The notes below the pieces were generated by a model. The model did no database searches. It was not told the origin of the DNA and was given only the letters and a program-made list of their open reading frames with translations. From Promethearchaeota archaeon (lineage in GTDB: Archaea > Asgardarchaeota > Lokiarchaeia > Sigyniarchaeales > SOKP01), in the NCBI GenBank assembly GCA_019058245.1, contig JAHPZJ010000028.1, forward strand, positions 128,001 to 192,000: a DNA stretch of 64,000 bases. Reading direction: 5' to 3'. A program made the translations under genes and the position numbers. Shown here one piece after another: positions 50,282 to 59,983 of the stretch (the first letter of the stretch is position 1; every line of letters starts with the position of its first letter).

Positions 50282-50687
50282 AGTTTAGGTTTCGAGGTGT
50301 TTTTATATTTTACTGATTATAACTGTATCTTAATATATGATTAAGAAGTAATTTTTCTTTTTATAATTAATTTATGTAATTTTCCTTTATTGTAAATGAT
50401 ATTAAAGCTTTATAATATTTCCCAATAATAAGAAAACTATTATTTTTTTGATGATATTCTTTAAATAATGCTTAATAAAAATTGATATTATTGTTTCAGT
50501 GCTATGATTTTTCAAGGATTATTTAATATTTTAGATTTATACTTTCAAGTGATTGATATTTTTTATAATAATATAGATAGATATTTTCGAGATTTTCTAT
50601 TTTTCGTTAATAATAATGGTTTATATTAGTATTGCTAAAAATTATAAAATATTCCTTATCATTTTATTATTATATAAAAAAATACTG

Positions 50688-52175
50688 ATGTTTATGGATT
50701 TGAAAGAATTTGAATTAATTTATAAACAAAATCGGTGTGAGATTAAAGATAAAAAGAATATAGAAACTAGATTAAAAGGGATTGTTGGTAAGAATAATAT
50801 ATCAACTAAAAAAATAGATTTATTAGCTTATTCTAAGGATACTTCACTTATAGGGTTCAATTGGACACTCCAAGGAAAAATTGCAGGATTACCTGATTTT
50901 ATAACATGGCCAGAAACAGAAGAGCAAATATCAGAAATTTTAAAACTAGCAAATAGAGAGAAGATTCCTGTAATACCATATGGTGAGGGATCTGGAGTTG
51001 TTGGGGGTGCGATACCAGTTTATGGGGGAATTATTATTGATATGAAAAAATTTAATAACATTCTTGAAATAAATGATAAAAATTTGACAGTTACTGCTCA
51101 AACTGGTATTAATGGAATGAATTTGGAACGTTATTTAAATGCTAGAGGATATACAACAGGTCATATACCACAATCTCTTTATATTTCTTCATTAGGGGGA
51201 TGGATAGCTCATAGAGCTGCAGGACAATTTAGTACTAAATATGGAAAGATAGAAGATATAATTTTAGGAATGGAAGTAATTCTACCTCAAGGAAAGATTG
51301 TAAAATTTAAAACTATTTCCAGGGCATCAACTGGTCCTCAATTTGATAAGCTATTCATTGGCTGTGAGGGTACACTAGGAATTATTACAAAAGCTACACT
51401 TAAAATATGGCCCTATCCTGAAACAAGAGCATTAATTTCTTATGCCTTCCCTACTTTTGAGGATTCTTTAGAAGCAACTAGACAAATATTAAGGCAACAA
51501 ATTTATCCTGCTGTTATCCGAATTTATGATGCCGATGAAACATTCAGACATTTTGATCATATAGAAAAAGCTAAGAATAAGGTGATGGTTGTGTTTGTTT
51601 GTGAGGGGATTAAAAGCCTGGTTAATCTTGAAAAGGCAATTACTATGGATACATGTGAAAAAAATAATGGTGTTGCGTGTGGGGAAGAACCAGTTGAACA
51701 TTGGTTTGAAACTAGATTTAGAGTAACTGAAACTTCATTATCGCCAACATTAAAGACAGTTTTTGATACAATCGAAATTGAAATTTTATGGGATAAGGCA
51801 GCAGATCTATATCACTCTGTAATAACTACAACTAAAAAAATAAAAGGTTTAATTTTTATAACAGCGCATGTATCTCACTTTTATCCTAATGGAGTAGGGT
51901 TTTATTTTAGTTTTGCGGGAATTGCTCCAAAAGAAAAAACTGATCTTGAATTTTATCAAGAGGTTTGGAATACAGTTATTAAAGCAGTAGAAGATTGCGG
52001 TGGATCATTTGGACACCATCACGGTGTAGGAATCAATAGGTCAAAGTGGATGCCAGTAGAATGGGGTGTATCGTTTGATACTATAAAACAGATAAAGAAT
52101 TTACTTGATCCTAATAATATTTTAAACCCAGGGAAAATTTATGAAAATCTTTGGAAAAACGGAGATGAGAAATAA
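50688..52175 (+). CDS. FAD-binding oxidoreductase, alkyl-DHAP synthase (AGPS)/YgcU-like
   Basis: Motifs PYGEGSGVVGG, GHIPQS..ISSLGGWIA.RAAG..STKYGKIED, GCEGTLGII, HHHGVG and LNPGK. Start placed at Met25 of the 50616 ORF. Confidence 0.9.
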   Translation: MFMDLKEFELIYKQNRCEIKDKKNIETRLKGIVGKNNISTKKIDLLAYSKDTSLIGFNWTLQGKIAGLPDFITWPETEEQISEILKLANREKIPVIPYGEGSGVVGGAIPVYGGIIIDMKKFNNILEINDKNLTVTAQTGINGMNLERYLNARGYTTGHIPQSLYISSLGGWIAHRAAGQFSTKYGKIEDIILGMEVILPQGKIVKFKTISRASTGPQFDKLFIGCEGTLGIITKATLKIWPYPETRALISYAFPTFEDSLEATRQILRQQIYPAVIRIYDADETFRHFDHIEKAKNKVMVVFVCEGIKSLVNLEKAITMDTCEKNNGVACGEEPVEHWFETRFRVTETSLSPTLKTVFDTIEIEILWDKAADLYHSVITTTKKIKGLIFITAHVSHFYPNGVGFYFSFAGIAPKEKTDLEFYQEVWNTVIKAVEDCGGSFGHHHGVGINRSKWMPVEWGVSFDTIKQIKNLLDPNNILNPGKIYENLWKNGDEK

Positions 52176-53444
52176 ATGAGTGAGATCTTAGAGAAATATA
52201 AATGGATTGGCCCAATCATTGAAAAAATGGATCGAGACTTAAAACGGATATTTATGAAAAATTTTAGAATGCGAGATAAAAACTTTTTTCCAGAAGGGGA
52301 TTATAAAGCAGATATAAAAAACTTAGTTAATTGTATGCTCTGTCCAAATATGTGTAGATTTGATTGTGGTACGTTACAAACCTCTCTAACTGAAACCATG
52401 AGTCCTGCTTATAAAGCTCGGATAGGCTATTATCTAACAATAGGATTAATAGATCCAATGAAAAAAGAAAACCAAGATTTTATCAATTTAATGTACAAAT
52501 GTACAAATGAGGAAAACTGTAAAATTTGGTGCCCTTTTGAATTTTCGGTCGTATCACTCTTAGAGACTGTCAGAGAAGATTTAAATGATAAAAATTTGAT
52601 GCCAGATTACTGTAAACAGCAGATTGATAAGTTGAATAATACGAATACTATAGAAGAGTACAATATATATCGAACTTATACTGAAAAAGGAATAGAAAAT
52701 ATAGAAACGGATGGTAATGACGAAGTTTTCTATTATATTGGATGTGAATCAATGAAATTTCCTGAAGTTATAAAAGCAAATATAGAGATATTAAAGAAAG
52801 CTGGAATAAAATTTTCAACTAATCTTGATAGCAAAATATGTTGTGGAGGTCCAGCATTTAATATTAGAGAAATGGAAACCGCAAATAAGTTTGCTATGAA
52901 AAATAAAGAACTTATTGAGGCAACAGGTGCTAAGACCATCATATCAGATTGTCCGGGATGTATATTAACATTATCAAATAGATATGAAAAACTCGGAGTT
53001 AAAATTGAAAAACAAATAATCCATATTGTTCAGTTCTTTAAAAAGTTAATTGATGATGGAAAATTAAGTTTTAAAAATAAAATTCCTGAAGAATTTAGAA
53101 AAATCACTATTCATGATCCTTGTCTTATTGCTAGAAATTTAAAAGATACTGAATCAATAAGATTTATTCTTAATAGGATCCCTGATTTGGAAATTTTTGA
53201 ACCTCTTTATAATAAAGACTATGTTCATTGTTGTGGGTGGAGTGGTACTAACCATTGGGCAGATAGAGACTTAGCTATTAGAGAAGCAAGGAATAGAATT
53301 AATGAATTAAAAGATACTGGAGTAAATATTTTCATATCCGCATGTCCTCTCTGTGAATTAGGTCTAGCTTATGGAATTGATGAAAATGAAAAAGAAAAAT
53401 ATAAGATAATGGATATATCTGAATTGATAATAAGAATTTTATAA
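52176..53444 (+). CDS. Fe-S oxidoreductase with two CCG domains (GlpC/HdrD-like)
   Basis: CMLCPNMCRFDC ferredoxin-like motif and CCG domains CCGG...DCPGC and HDPC...CCG...ACPLC. Confidence 0.9.
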   Translation: MSEILEKYKWIGPIIEKMDRDLKRIFMKNFRMRDKNFFPEGDYKADIKNLVNCMLCPNMCRFDCGTLQTSLTETMSPAYKARIGYYLTIGLIDPMKKENQDFINLMYKCTNEENCKIWCPFEFSVVSLLETVREDLNDKNLMPDYCKQQIDKLNNTNTIEEYNIYRTYTEKGIENIETDGNDEVFYYIGCESMKFPEVIKANIEILKKAGIKFSTNLDSKICCGGPAFNIREMETANKFAMKNKELIEATGAKTIISDCPGCILTLSNRYEKLGVKIEKQIIHIVQFFKKLIDDGKLSFKNKIPEEFRKITIHDPCLIARNLKDTESIRFILNRIPDLEIFEPLYNKDYVHCCGWSGTNHWADRDLAIREARNRINELKDTGVNIFISACPLCELGLAYGIDENEKEKYKIMDISELIIRIL

Positions 53445-53479
53445 AAATAATAGGTATAATAAAATAAGGGTGTGATATT

Positions 53480-54940
53480 ATGAGTGATCTGATTTGTGTA
53501 TTCGACGTTGGAACTACTGGAGCTAGAACGATAATTTTTAATGATAAAGGTGAAGTAATTGCAAAAGAATATGAGGAATATCCTTTTATGAAGCAGCCTG
53601 TTGGCATTTCCGAACAAGATCCAATAATTTGGTGGAATGCTATAAAAAATACATGTAATAAAGCATTAAATCAGATTAATCCTGAAAATATTATAGGGAT
53701 TTCAGCAACATTTTTTCGTAGTACAATTACGATTATTGATAAAAAAGGAGAAATACTACATCCTGCTTTAACCTGGATGGATGAAAGACAAGAAACTTCC
53801 GCAATTGAGTGGAAAAGAGAGGTTGATCTTAGAAGATCAATTCCTAAAATACTATGGGTTAAGAAAAATAAACCAGAATTATTTAATAAAGCGTATAAAA
53901 TTATCCATCCAGATACTTATATCTACTTAAAATTATGCGATGAATGTGTTACAGATCCCACAAATGGAATTTTTGGGATTTTAAATAAGAATACTCTAAA
54001 ATGGGATGAGGAGTTATCTGAATCATTTGACTTACCAATAGAATTATGGCCAGAGGTGCATATTCCAGGTGAGATCATTGGTGAACTAACGAGTACCGCT
54101 GCTGATGCTTTAGGTTTTAAAAAAAATATTCCAATAATTTTAGGTGGTGGAGATCAACAATGCTCATCATTAGGATTAGGTGTAATCAATCCCGCTCAAG
54201 CTAAAGTTACTACTGGGACTGGAACATTTATTGATTATGTTGTTGATAAGCCTGTAGAACCTTCGGGAGATTTTCCTATTTTTTCATTACCTTCTGTAAT
54301 AGAAGGTAAATGGAACATTGAGGGTATTGCCCCAGGAACAGGTACAGCATTAAAATGGTTCGCAGAAAATTTCTCACAATTACAAATTAAGGAAAGTCAA
54401 GAAAAGAATATTAATATTTATGATATGCTAACAGCAGAAGCAGCTACCATACAGCCCGGAAGTGAAGGATTGTTATTTTTACCAGAATTATGTATCTTCC
54501 GAAAAGGAACACTTCATGGTTTAGGTTGGAATCATACTAGGGCACATATGGTACGAGCAATAATGGAATCTGCTGCTCTAGCTTCTCAAATGTATCTTCA
54601 ATTAATTGAAGGAATGGGAGGGAAGAAAACTACTGAATTGCGAGTTGATGGAGGTGCAATGAATAGTGAATTATGGACTCAGATTTTTGCGGATGTTATT
54701 TCAAAGCCAATATTAGTTCCAGAGGTTAAAGATGGTGCTGCTATGGGTGCTGCGATTTTAGGATTTTTAGGTTGCAAAAGATATGATACTATTGAAAAAG
54801 CCATTGAAAAAATGGTTAGATTTCCCACAATCAAAAACTCAAGTAAAGAAAATCTTAATATTTATAAAAAATTAAAAAGAATTTTTATGCCAGTTTTATT
54901 AGATATATACAGTAAAAAAAGAGTAACTAAAGATCTTTAG
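53480..54940 (+). CDS. FGGY-family carbohydrate kinase (xylulokinase/glycerol-kinase-like)
   Basis: Motifs DVGTTG, EQDP, WMDER, GGGDQ, TGTG and DGG. Confidence 0.95.
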   Translation: MSDLICVFDVGTTGARTIIFNDKGEVIAKEYEEYPFMKQPVGISEQDPIIWWNAIKNTCNKALNQINPENIIGISATFFRSTITIIDKKGEILHPALTWMDERQETSAIEWKREVDLRRSIPKILWVKKNKPELFNKAYKIIHPDTYIYLKLCDECVTDPTNGIFGILNKNTLKWDEELSESFDLPIELWPEVHIPGEIIGELTSTAADALGFKKNIPIILGGGDQQCSSLGLGVINPAQAKVTTGTGTFIDYVVDKPVEPSGDFPIFSLPSVIEGKWNIEGIAPGTGTALKWFAENFSQLQIKESQEKNINIYDMLTAEAATIQPGSEGLLFLPELCIFRKGTLHGLGWNHTRAHMVRAIMESAALASQMYLQLIEGMGGKKTTELRVDGGAMNSELWTQIFADVISKPILVPEVKDGAAMGAAILGFLGCKRYDTIEKAIEKMVRFPTIKNSSKENLNIYKKLKRIFMPVLLDIYSKKRVTKDL

Positions 54941-55128
54941 CTATTCTTAGAATTTCTTTTTTATATTTCTAAAAATTAGATATTATTTATGAAAATAATT
55001 AAATAAAACTTAAAAAGAGTAAAAATCTATTCAAGTAATCTTTATTTCTATTTATTTTTAAATTTAGAAAAGTATTTTTTGAATCTATTATTTCAAAAAA
55101 TATAGAACATAATAAACCTTTTGCTCAC

Positions 55129-55953
55129 ATGCCTTATTTTAAGAACCAAGAGGGTTACAATTTATATTATGAAAACATAAATTCGGATTCAAATAAGTGC
55201 ACCATTATTTTACTCCATGGATTCGCTTCATCTGCTTCTTTTTTTAAGGCTCAAATAAGTATTTTAAAAGAGGATTATCGAATTATTGCTTTTGATGCAT
55301 TAGGGCATGGGAGAAGTGAGCACCCAAAAGAACTCAATCTTACAAAAAATCTAAGACATGATATCATAAGAGATTTAGAAGATCTTCTAAGATTTTTAGA
55401 TGTAGATGAACAATATGGTATAATTGGGCATTCTTTAGTTGGTGGAATGATAGGTCAATTATATACAATGAAGCATCCAACAGATGTCAAATTTTTAATT
55501 TTATTGAATTCAGGGTATATTATGATAGATAATGTTGTTAGAAATATTTTTTATAATCTACTCCCATATTTTATCAGAATGAATTTTTTGGATGTAGTTG
55601 CAAATTCAGTTGAAAAGTTGTTAGATAAAACAATTCCTTATATCATTACCGCTTTATCAGGTAGTTTACCAGGTTTAAATCTAACAAAAGATCAATTATA
55701 TATGCAAATTGAAGATCAAATTTTTAGAATGATCCATGAAATTAAAGAATATGAACCTAATATTACTTGTCCAACACTTATAATTGGAGGAAGGCTTGAT
55801 AATTTTGCTCCAGAACAAATGTCAGAAAAATTACACCAGATGATTCCACACTCTACATTAGAAATTATTGATATGGCAGGTCATTTTGCTCCAGCTCAAA
55901 GAAAAGAGGTAGTTAATGAATTAATAAGTAATTTTATTAGAAAGATTAGATGA
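55129..55953 (+). CDS. Alpha/beta hydrolase
   Basis: Motifs LLHGF, DALGHGRS, GHSLVGG and AGH. Confidence 0.92.
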   Translation: MPYFKNQEGYNLYYENINSDSNKCTIILLHGFASSASFFKAQISILKEDYRIIAFDALGHGRSEHPKELNLTKNLRHDIIRDLEDLLRFLDVDEQYGIIGHSLVGGMIGQLYTMKHPTDVKFLILLNSGYIMIDNVVRNIFYNLLPYFIRMNFLDVVANSVEKLLDKTIPYIITALSGSLPGLNLTKDQLYMQIEDQIFRMIHEIKEYEPNITCPTLIIGGRLDNFAPEQMSEKLHQMIPHSTLEIIDMAGHFAPAQRKEVVNELISNFIRKIR

Positions 55954-55988
55954 AGGAAAAAAATCACAAACAAAATATAAATAGCTTT

Positions 55989-56435
55989 ATGTCAATGAAT
56001 GTTCTAATATCAATTAAACCAAAATATGTGAAGAAAATCGAAAAAGGAGAGAAAAGATATGAATTTAGGAAATCAATATTTAATTGCAAAAAAATAAATT
56101 TTATTTATATTTATTGTACTACACCAATTAAAAAATTAGTTGCTCGATTTAAGATAAAAAAAATTATTGAGGATACTCCATTAAATTTATGGGAAAAATA
56201 TAGATTTTTTGCCGGTATTAACAAAAATGAGTTTTTTAATTATTTTGAAGGAAAGATCAAAGGGTATGCCATAAAAATAAAAGATTTAGAATTCTTTAAA
56301 AATTCTGTTGATCCATATCAAATTTGGTCAGATTTCATCCCTCCTCAGTCTTTTCGTTATATTGAAGATATCCCTTATACTTTTGATATAGTAAAAAGCA
56401 ATGAAAATAATAATTTAGAAATTAAAAAAGCATGA
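55989..56435 (+). CDS. Stand-alone ASCH (PUA-like) domain protein
   Basis: VLISIKPKYVKKIEKGEKRYEFRK (GxKxxExR), YCTTP and PPQSFRY. The ORF opens at 55950; the likely start is 55989 or 55995. Confidence 0.9.
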   Translation: MSMNVLISIKPKYVKKIEKGEKRYEFRKSIFNCKKINFIYIYCTTPIKKLVARFKIKKIIEDTPLNLWEKYRFFAGINKNEFFNYFEGKIKGYAIKIKDLEFFKNSVDPYQIWSDFIPPQSFRYIEDIPYTFDIVKSNENNNLEIKKA

Positions 56436-56526
56436 AGAGATCATTCTTCATGAAAAATCTTAAATTTAATTGAAGAAGTTTAAATTGATTAGAATTTATT
56501 TATTTTTAAATTATAAATGATTCAAT

Positions 56527-57879
56527 ATGACCAGTAAATCTAATTTAAATTTAGAAATTCGAGAAGCTGTCAAAGAGGATTTTGAATTTGTTGAAGGTAT
56601 GATGTGTCATGCTTTAGAACCTTATTATGGTGGAGACCATAAAGCCCATGCCAAAAGAATATTAATGACTCATCTCTCTGGAGGAATTGATAAAATTGGA
56701 CATTTTTCATTTGAACAAAAAATGTTCATTCTGTGCTTAAATAGTAAAACCGTGGGAATGATTCATCTCGTTGGAAAGCGTCAGGGTACTTATAAGATCA
56801 GTCCAATTATAATTGATAAACCTTTTAGAGGAAAATATGGTTTAGGATCGGTTCTTCTTGAGCACGCTGAAAATTATGCCATTAAAAAGGGAGCAAGGCA
56901 AATATATTGTACCGTAGCTGAAGAGAATGAGGAAGCCCAAAGTTTTTTTTTAGAAAAAGGATATATAATAGCTGGAAAATCAGAAAGTCACTATAAATAT
57001 GGTATTACAGAGCTAATGATGTATAAAATATTTTTAGAACCAAATTTCGATGAAAAATTTGACAGACCTAATATTTCGGTTCATTTATTAGAAAAAAAAT
57101 ATGAACTACAAGTTTCAGATTTTTTATTAGAAAAACTTCCAGAGCACTTCATAGGAATTGATTTGAAATGGATTGATGCACTTTTTAAAGGATTTTATAG
57201 AAGAAATTCTAGGAATATAAACTTAAAATTTAAACTTATTTTTGTTGCTATAGATAGATATGATAATGTCTTAGGAATTGCTGGTGCTACTCCAAAGAAA
57301 GGAGAACCCATCAAAATTATGCCGTTTTTAGCGAAAACATTACCAGCATTTGTAGCACTATTATCAGATATTCCATTTGAACTAAGAGACTATGGTCATA
57401 AACTATATATTCATATAACACCCTCCGTTGAGGAAACAATAGCGTTACAGCAAAATGGATGGAAACTTGATGCTGCAATGCCAGAAGCATATCAAGAAAA
57501 AATAATAACTCAACAATGGAGTTTAGATATTGATGATCCAAATTTTGCGCGTATTATCCGCACAAAGAAGAAATATCTTGATTTGATGAAGAAAAATAAA
57601 AAAACAATTGAAGTTAGAGTAGCATATAAAAAAATGAAATCAATTAAAAATGGTGATAGAGTAAAATTTCGATGTCGTAACAGTTCATACACTACTACTA
57701 TTAAAGATATTAGATATTATTGTTCTATTAAAGAATTACTCGAAAGTGAAGATTCAAATAAAATTATTCCAAATCGGTCTAAAGAGGAGGTGTTGAAAAT
57801 ACTAAAAGATATTTATCCCGAAAAATTAGAAAATCTTGGTATGATGGCATTAGAATTAAATTTAAACGAGAAGAAATAA
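56527..57879 (+). CDS. GNAT acetyltransferase + second GNAT-like domain + C-terminal ASCH domain
   Basis: IREA..ED, FRGKYGLGSVLL (acetyl-CoA motif), N..AQSFFLEKGY. The middle segment repeats the GNAT pattern. The C-terminal YLDLMKKNKKTIEVR...GDRVKF...IYP is ASCH. Confidence 0.85.
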   Translation: MTSKSNLNLEIREAVKEDFEFVEGMMCHALEPYYGGDHKAHAKRILMTHLSGGIDKIGHFSFEQKMFILCLNSKTVGMIHLVGKRQGTYKISPIIIDKPFRGKYGLGSVLLEHAENYAIKKGARQIYCTVAEENEEAQSFFLEKGYIIAGKSESHYKYGITELMMYKIFLEPNFDEKFDRPNISVHLLEKKYELQVSDFLLEKLPEHFIGIDLKWIDALFKGFYRRNSRNINLKFKLIFVAIDRYDNVLGIAGATPKKGEPIKIMPFLAKTLPAFVALLSDIPFELRDYGHKLYIHITPSVEETIALQQNGWKLDAAMPEAYQEKIITQQWSLDIDDPNFARIIRTKKKYLDLMKKNKKTIEVRVAYKKMKSIKNGDRVKFRCRNSSYTTTIKDIRYYCSIKELLESEDSNKIIPNRSKEEVLKILKDIYPEKLENLGMMALELNLNEKK

Positions 57880-57880
57880 T

Positions 57881-58204
57881 ATGAGACGTCTTATTTTTAA
57901 AAAAGAATATCTAAAGCTCATCCTACAAGGAAAGAAAGTTTTAGAAGGAAGAGTTGGATATGAAAATATTAAGAAATTGAAGACGGGAGAAATTATTTCT
58001 CTAAACGGAAAATATAATGCAAAGATAATAAAAATTCAAAAATTTTCGAGTTTTAAGGAGGCATTGAATATAAATAATTATAAAAAGCTATTACCAAATG
58101 CTTCATCTATAGATGATGCTTTAAATATATATAGCAATATCTATCCCTTGTGGAAACAAGAAAAATTAGGTGTATTTATTTTAGAAATTAAATATCCATT
58201 ATAA
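57881..58204 (+). CDS. Stand-alone ASCH domain protein (same subfamily as the fused ASCH upstream)
   Basis: EYLKLILQGKKVLEGR, FSSFKEAL and IYP...KLGV; starts 1 nt after the GNAT-ASCH stop. Confidence 0.88.
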   Translation: MRRLIFKKEYLKLILQGKKVLEGRVGYENIKKLKTGEIISLNGKYNAKIIKIQKFSSFKEALNINNYKKLLPNASSIDDALNIYSNIYPLWKQEKLGVFILEIKYPL

Positions 58205-58394
58205 ATCTGAAACAAAAATAGCTTCTTATAGTTTTAACCAAATTATGAATTAAAAAATTGACAGTTTAGGAACTTTTTTTAATAGTATTATTCAATTTGA
58301 ACTCTTGTATTCAAATATAATAAATAAAAAGGAACTATATTTATTAGTAAGAGAAGAAAACTAAATTAAAAATATTCATAAATCTAAATTAAAG

Positions 58395-59423
58395 ATGAAG
58401 AATAATAATGAAACTATTTTTGTATTTGCATCTGGTTATCGAGATCTATATAAAAAAGAAATTTATAATACACTAGCTTATCCATCAGAATTTTTGATGC
58501 ATTTTAGATATCGTTTAAAATGGGTAAGTTTAGAGATTTCAAATCACATTTCTTTAGAAGGTAAAAATCTTATTGTGATCGCGACAATTGAGCTAGATGA
58601 TCAAAACAAAAATAAAAACCAGAAATTCATGCCATTGAGAAAAGGTAAGATTATATCTACTTCTAAGGATGGTGATACCTTACATATATATTTTGAATTA
58701 TCGAAAGATTGGGTTTTATATGAGGATAACTCCAATGATAGAATAGATTTATATGATACAATTATTAAAAGAGGGGGTAATCCTTCCAATGGTGTTGCTG
58801 TTGCATTTGGGAACGCTCATAATTTTAAATTCTCTAATGATGATTTAGCATGGGTTTATATAATTAATAGGCTTGTTGAATTTCCAGAATATCAAAATTC
58901 TCTTTTTTTTAGATTAAACTCTGTTACAAGAGTTCCTAATAATAAACCTCTTGAATTAAAGAAATTAGATCCTTTTACCAATGGATATATTCTTAAAAGA
59001 AGAAAAAATTATATTTTTGATTTCTCATTCAATTTTGGGCATGAGCCACCAGAAAACGCGAAAAGTGCTAATTTTGAATTAAATAGCGATGAAATCCTAA
59101 AAATATTTCCCAATAAGTTGATGTTGGGATTTAGAGTCGACAAAAAACATTTTTTTGTTTCTCCTAGTAGTCATTCTTCTAATGAGAGAACAATTATCTC
59201 TACTAAAATAAAAGGTACTATTGAAGCCCCATTATTGGAAATTCCAATAAGGGTTACAAAAAATAAATTATTATATGGCTTATATTTATTTTTGATTTTA
59301 CTTGGATTAATTTTTATAAGTTTACCTTTGGCAGAAAATATTTTAGGTGTGACTTTAAAACTATGTGGTGCTATTTCTACAGCTCTAGGGACTTTTTTAA
59401 TAAATTATTATACAAAATATTAA
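58395..59423 (+). CDS. Hypothetical protein with large soluble N-terminal region and two C-terminal TM helices
   Basis: 342 aa; hydrophobic hairpin LLYGLYLFLILLGLIFISLPL / LGVTLKLCGAISTALGTFLI at the C-terminus. Confidence 0.75.
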   Translation: MKNNNETIFVFASGYRDLYKKEIYNTLAYPSEFLMHFRYRLKWVSLEISNHISLEGKNLIVIATIELDDQNKNKNQKFMPLRKGKIISTSKDGDTLHIYFELSKDWVLYEDNSNDRIDLYDTIIKRGGNPSNGVAVAFGNAHNFKFSNDDLAWVYIINRLVEFPEYQNSLFFRLNSVTRVPNNKPLELKKLDPFTNGYILKRRKNYIFDFSFNFGHEPPENAKSANFELNSDEILKIFPNKLMLGFRVDKKHFFVSPSSHSSNERTIISTKIKGTIEAPLLEIPIRVTKNKLLYGLYLFLILLGLIFISLPLAENILGVTLKLCGAISTALGTFLINYYTKY

Positions 59424-59590
59424 TCATTGCGATAGAAAATCAAATTTGGAATAGAGTTTTATTTTAATAGTAGAAATTAGTTAATTTTCTTTATATTTCA
59501 AATCATTTTTAAATTAGATTTATAATAATAATTTTAAAAATAACCTCAACTAAATATTAAACATCATATATATTTAAAAACAATATTAAA

Positions 59591-59965
59591 ATGCGAAAGA
59601 ATTCAAATAATAATGATAATACAATCTCTATTTCTTATTTTAAAGAAAAAGTTAGGGAATTTGTAAAAGAACGCAAATGGGAGAAATATCAAACACCTCA
59701 AAATTTGATTCAAGCTCTTGGAATTGAGATTTCGGAATTGTCACAATTATTTCTTTTTAAGGATTATTCAATAGAAGATATCAAAAATAATAATCATCTT
59801 TTAAAAAATCTTTCAGAGGAAATCGCAGATGTTTTCATTTATCTAATATGTCTTGTAAATACCTTAAATTTTGATCTTACAGAAATATTTATAAAAAAAA
59901 TGGAAAAAAACAAGGAAAAATATTCAATTACAGAGTTTAACAATGGAATATATTATAAAAAATAG
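59591..59965 (+). CDS. MazG-like all-alpha NTP pyrophosphohydrolase, DCTPP1/RS21-C6-like
   Basis: FVKERKWEKYQTPQNL..AL.IE..EL, EEIADVFIYL and KKMEKN.EKY. Confidence 0.9.
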   Translation: MRKNSNNNDNTISISYFKEKVREFVKERKWEKYQTPQNLIQALGIEISELSQLFLFKDYSIEDIKNNNHLLKNLSEEIADVFIYLICLVNTLNFDLTEIFIKKMEKNKEKYSITEFNNGIYYKK

Positions 59966-59983
59966 AGGAATTGAGAATTTAAG

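Noticed and set aside
50616-50687. Hydrophobic N-terminal extension on the FAD oxidoreductase as a signal peptide
   Set aside because: Probably translated AT-rich promoter sequence. The family is cytosolic and the downstream ATGs at 50688 and 50694 fit better.
56431-56452. 8-bp inverted repeat CATGAAGA-N6-TCTTCATG at the end of the first ASCH gene
   Set aside because: A single short hairpin without a U-tract or second copy, so it cannot be told apart from chance or assigned as a terminator or insertion scar.
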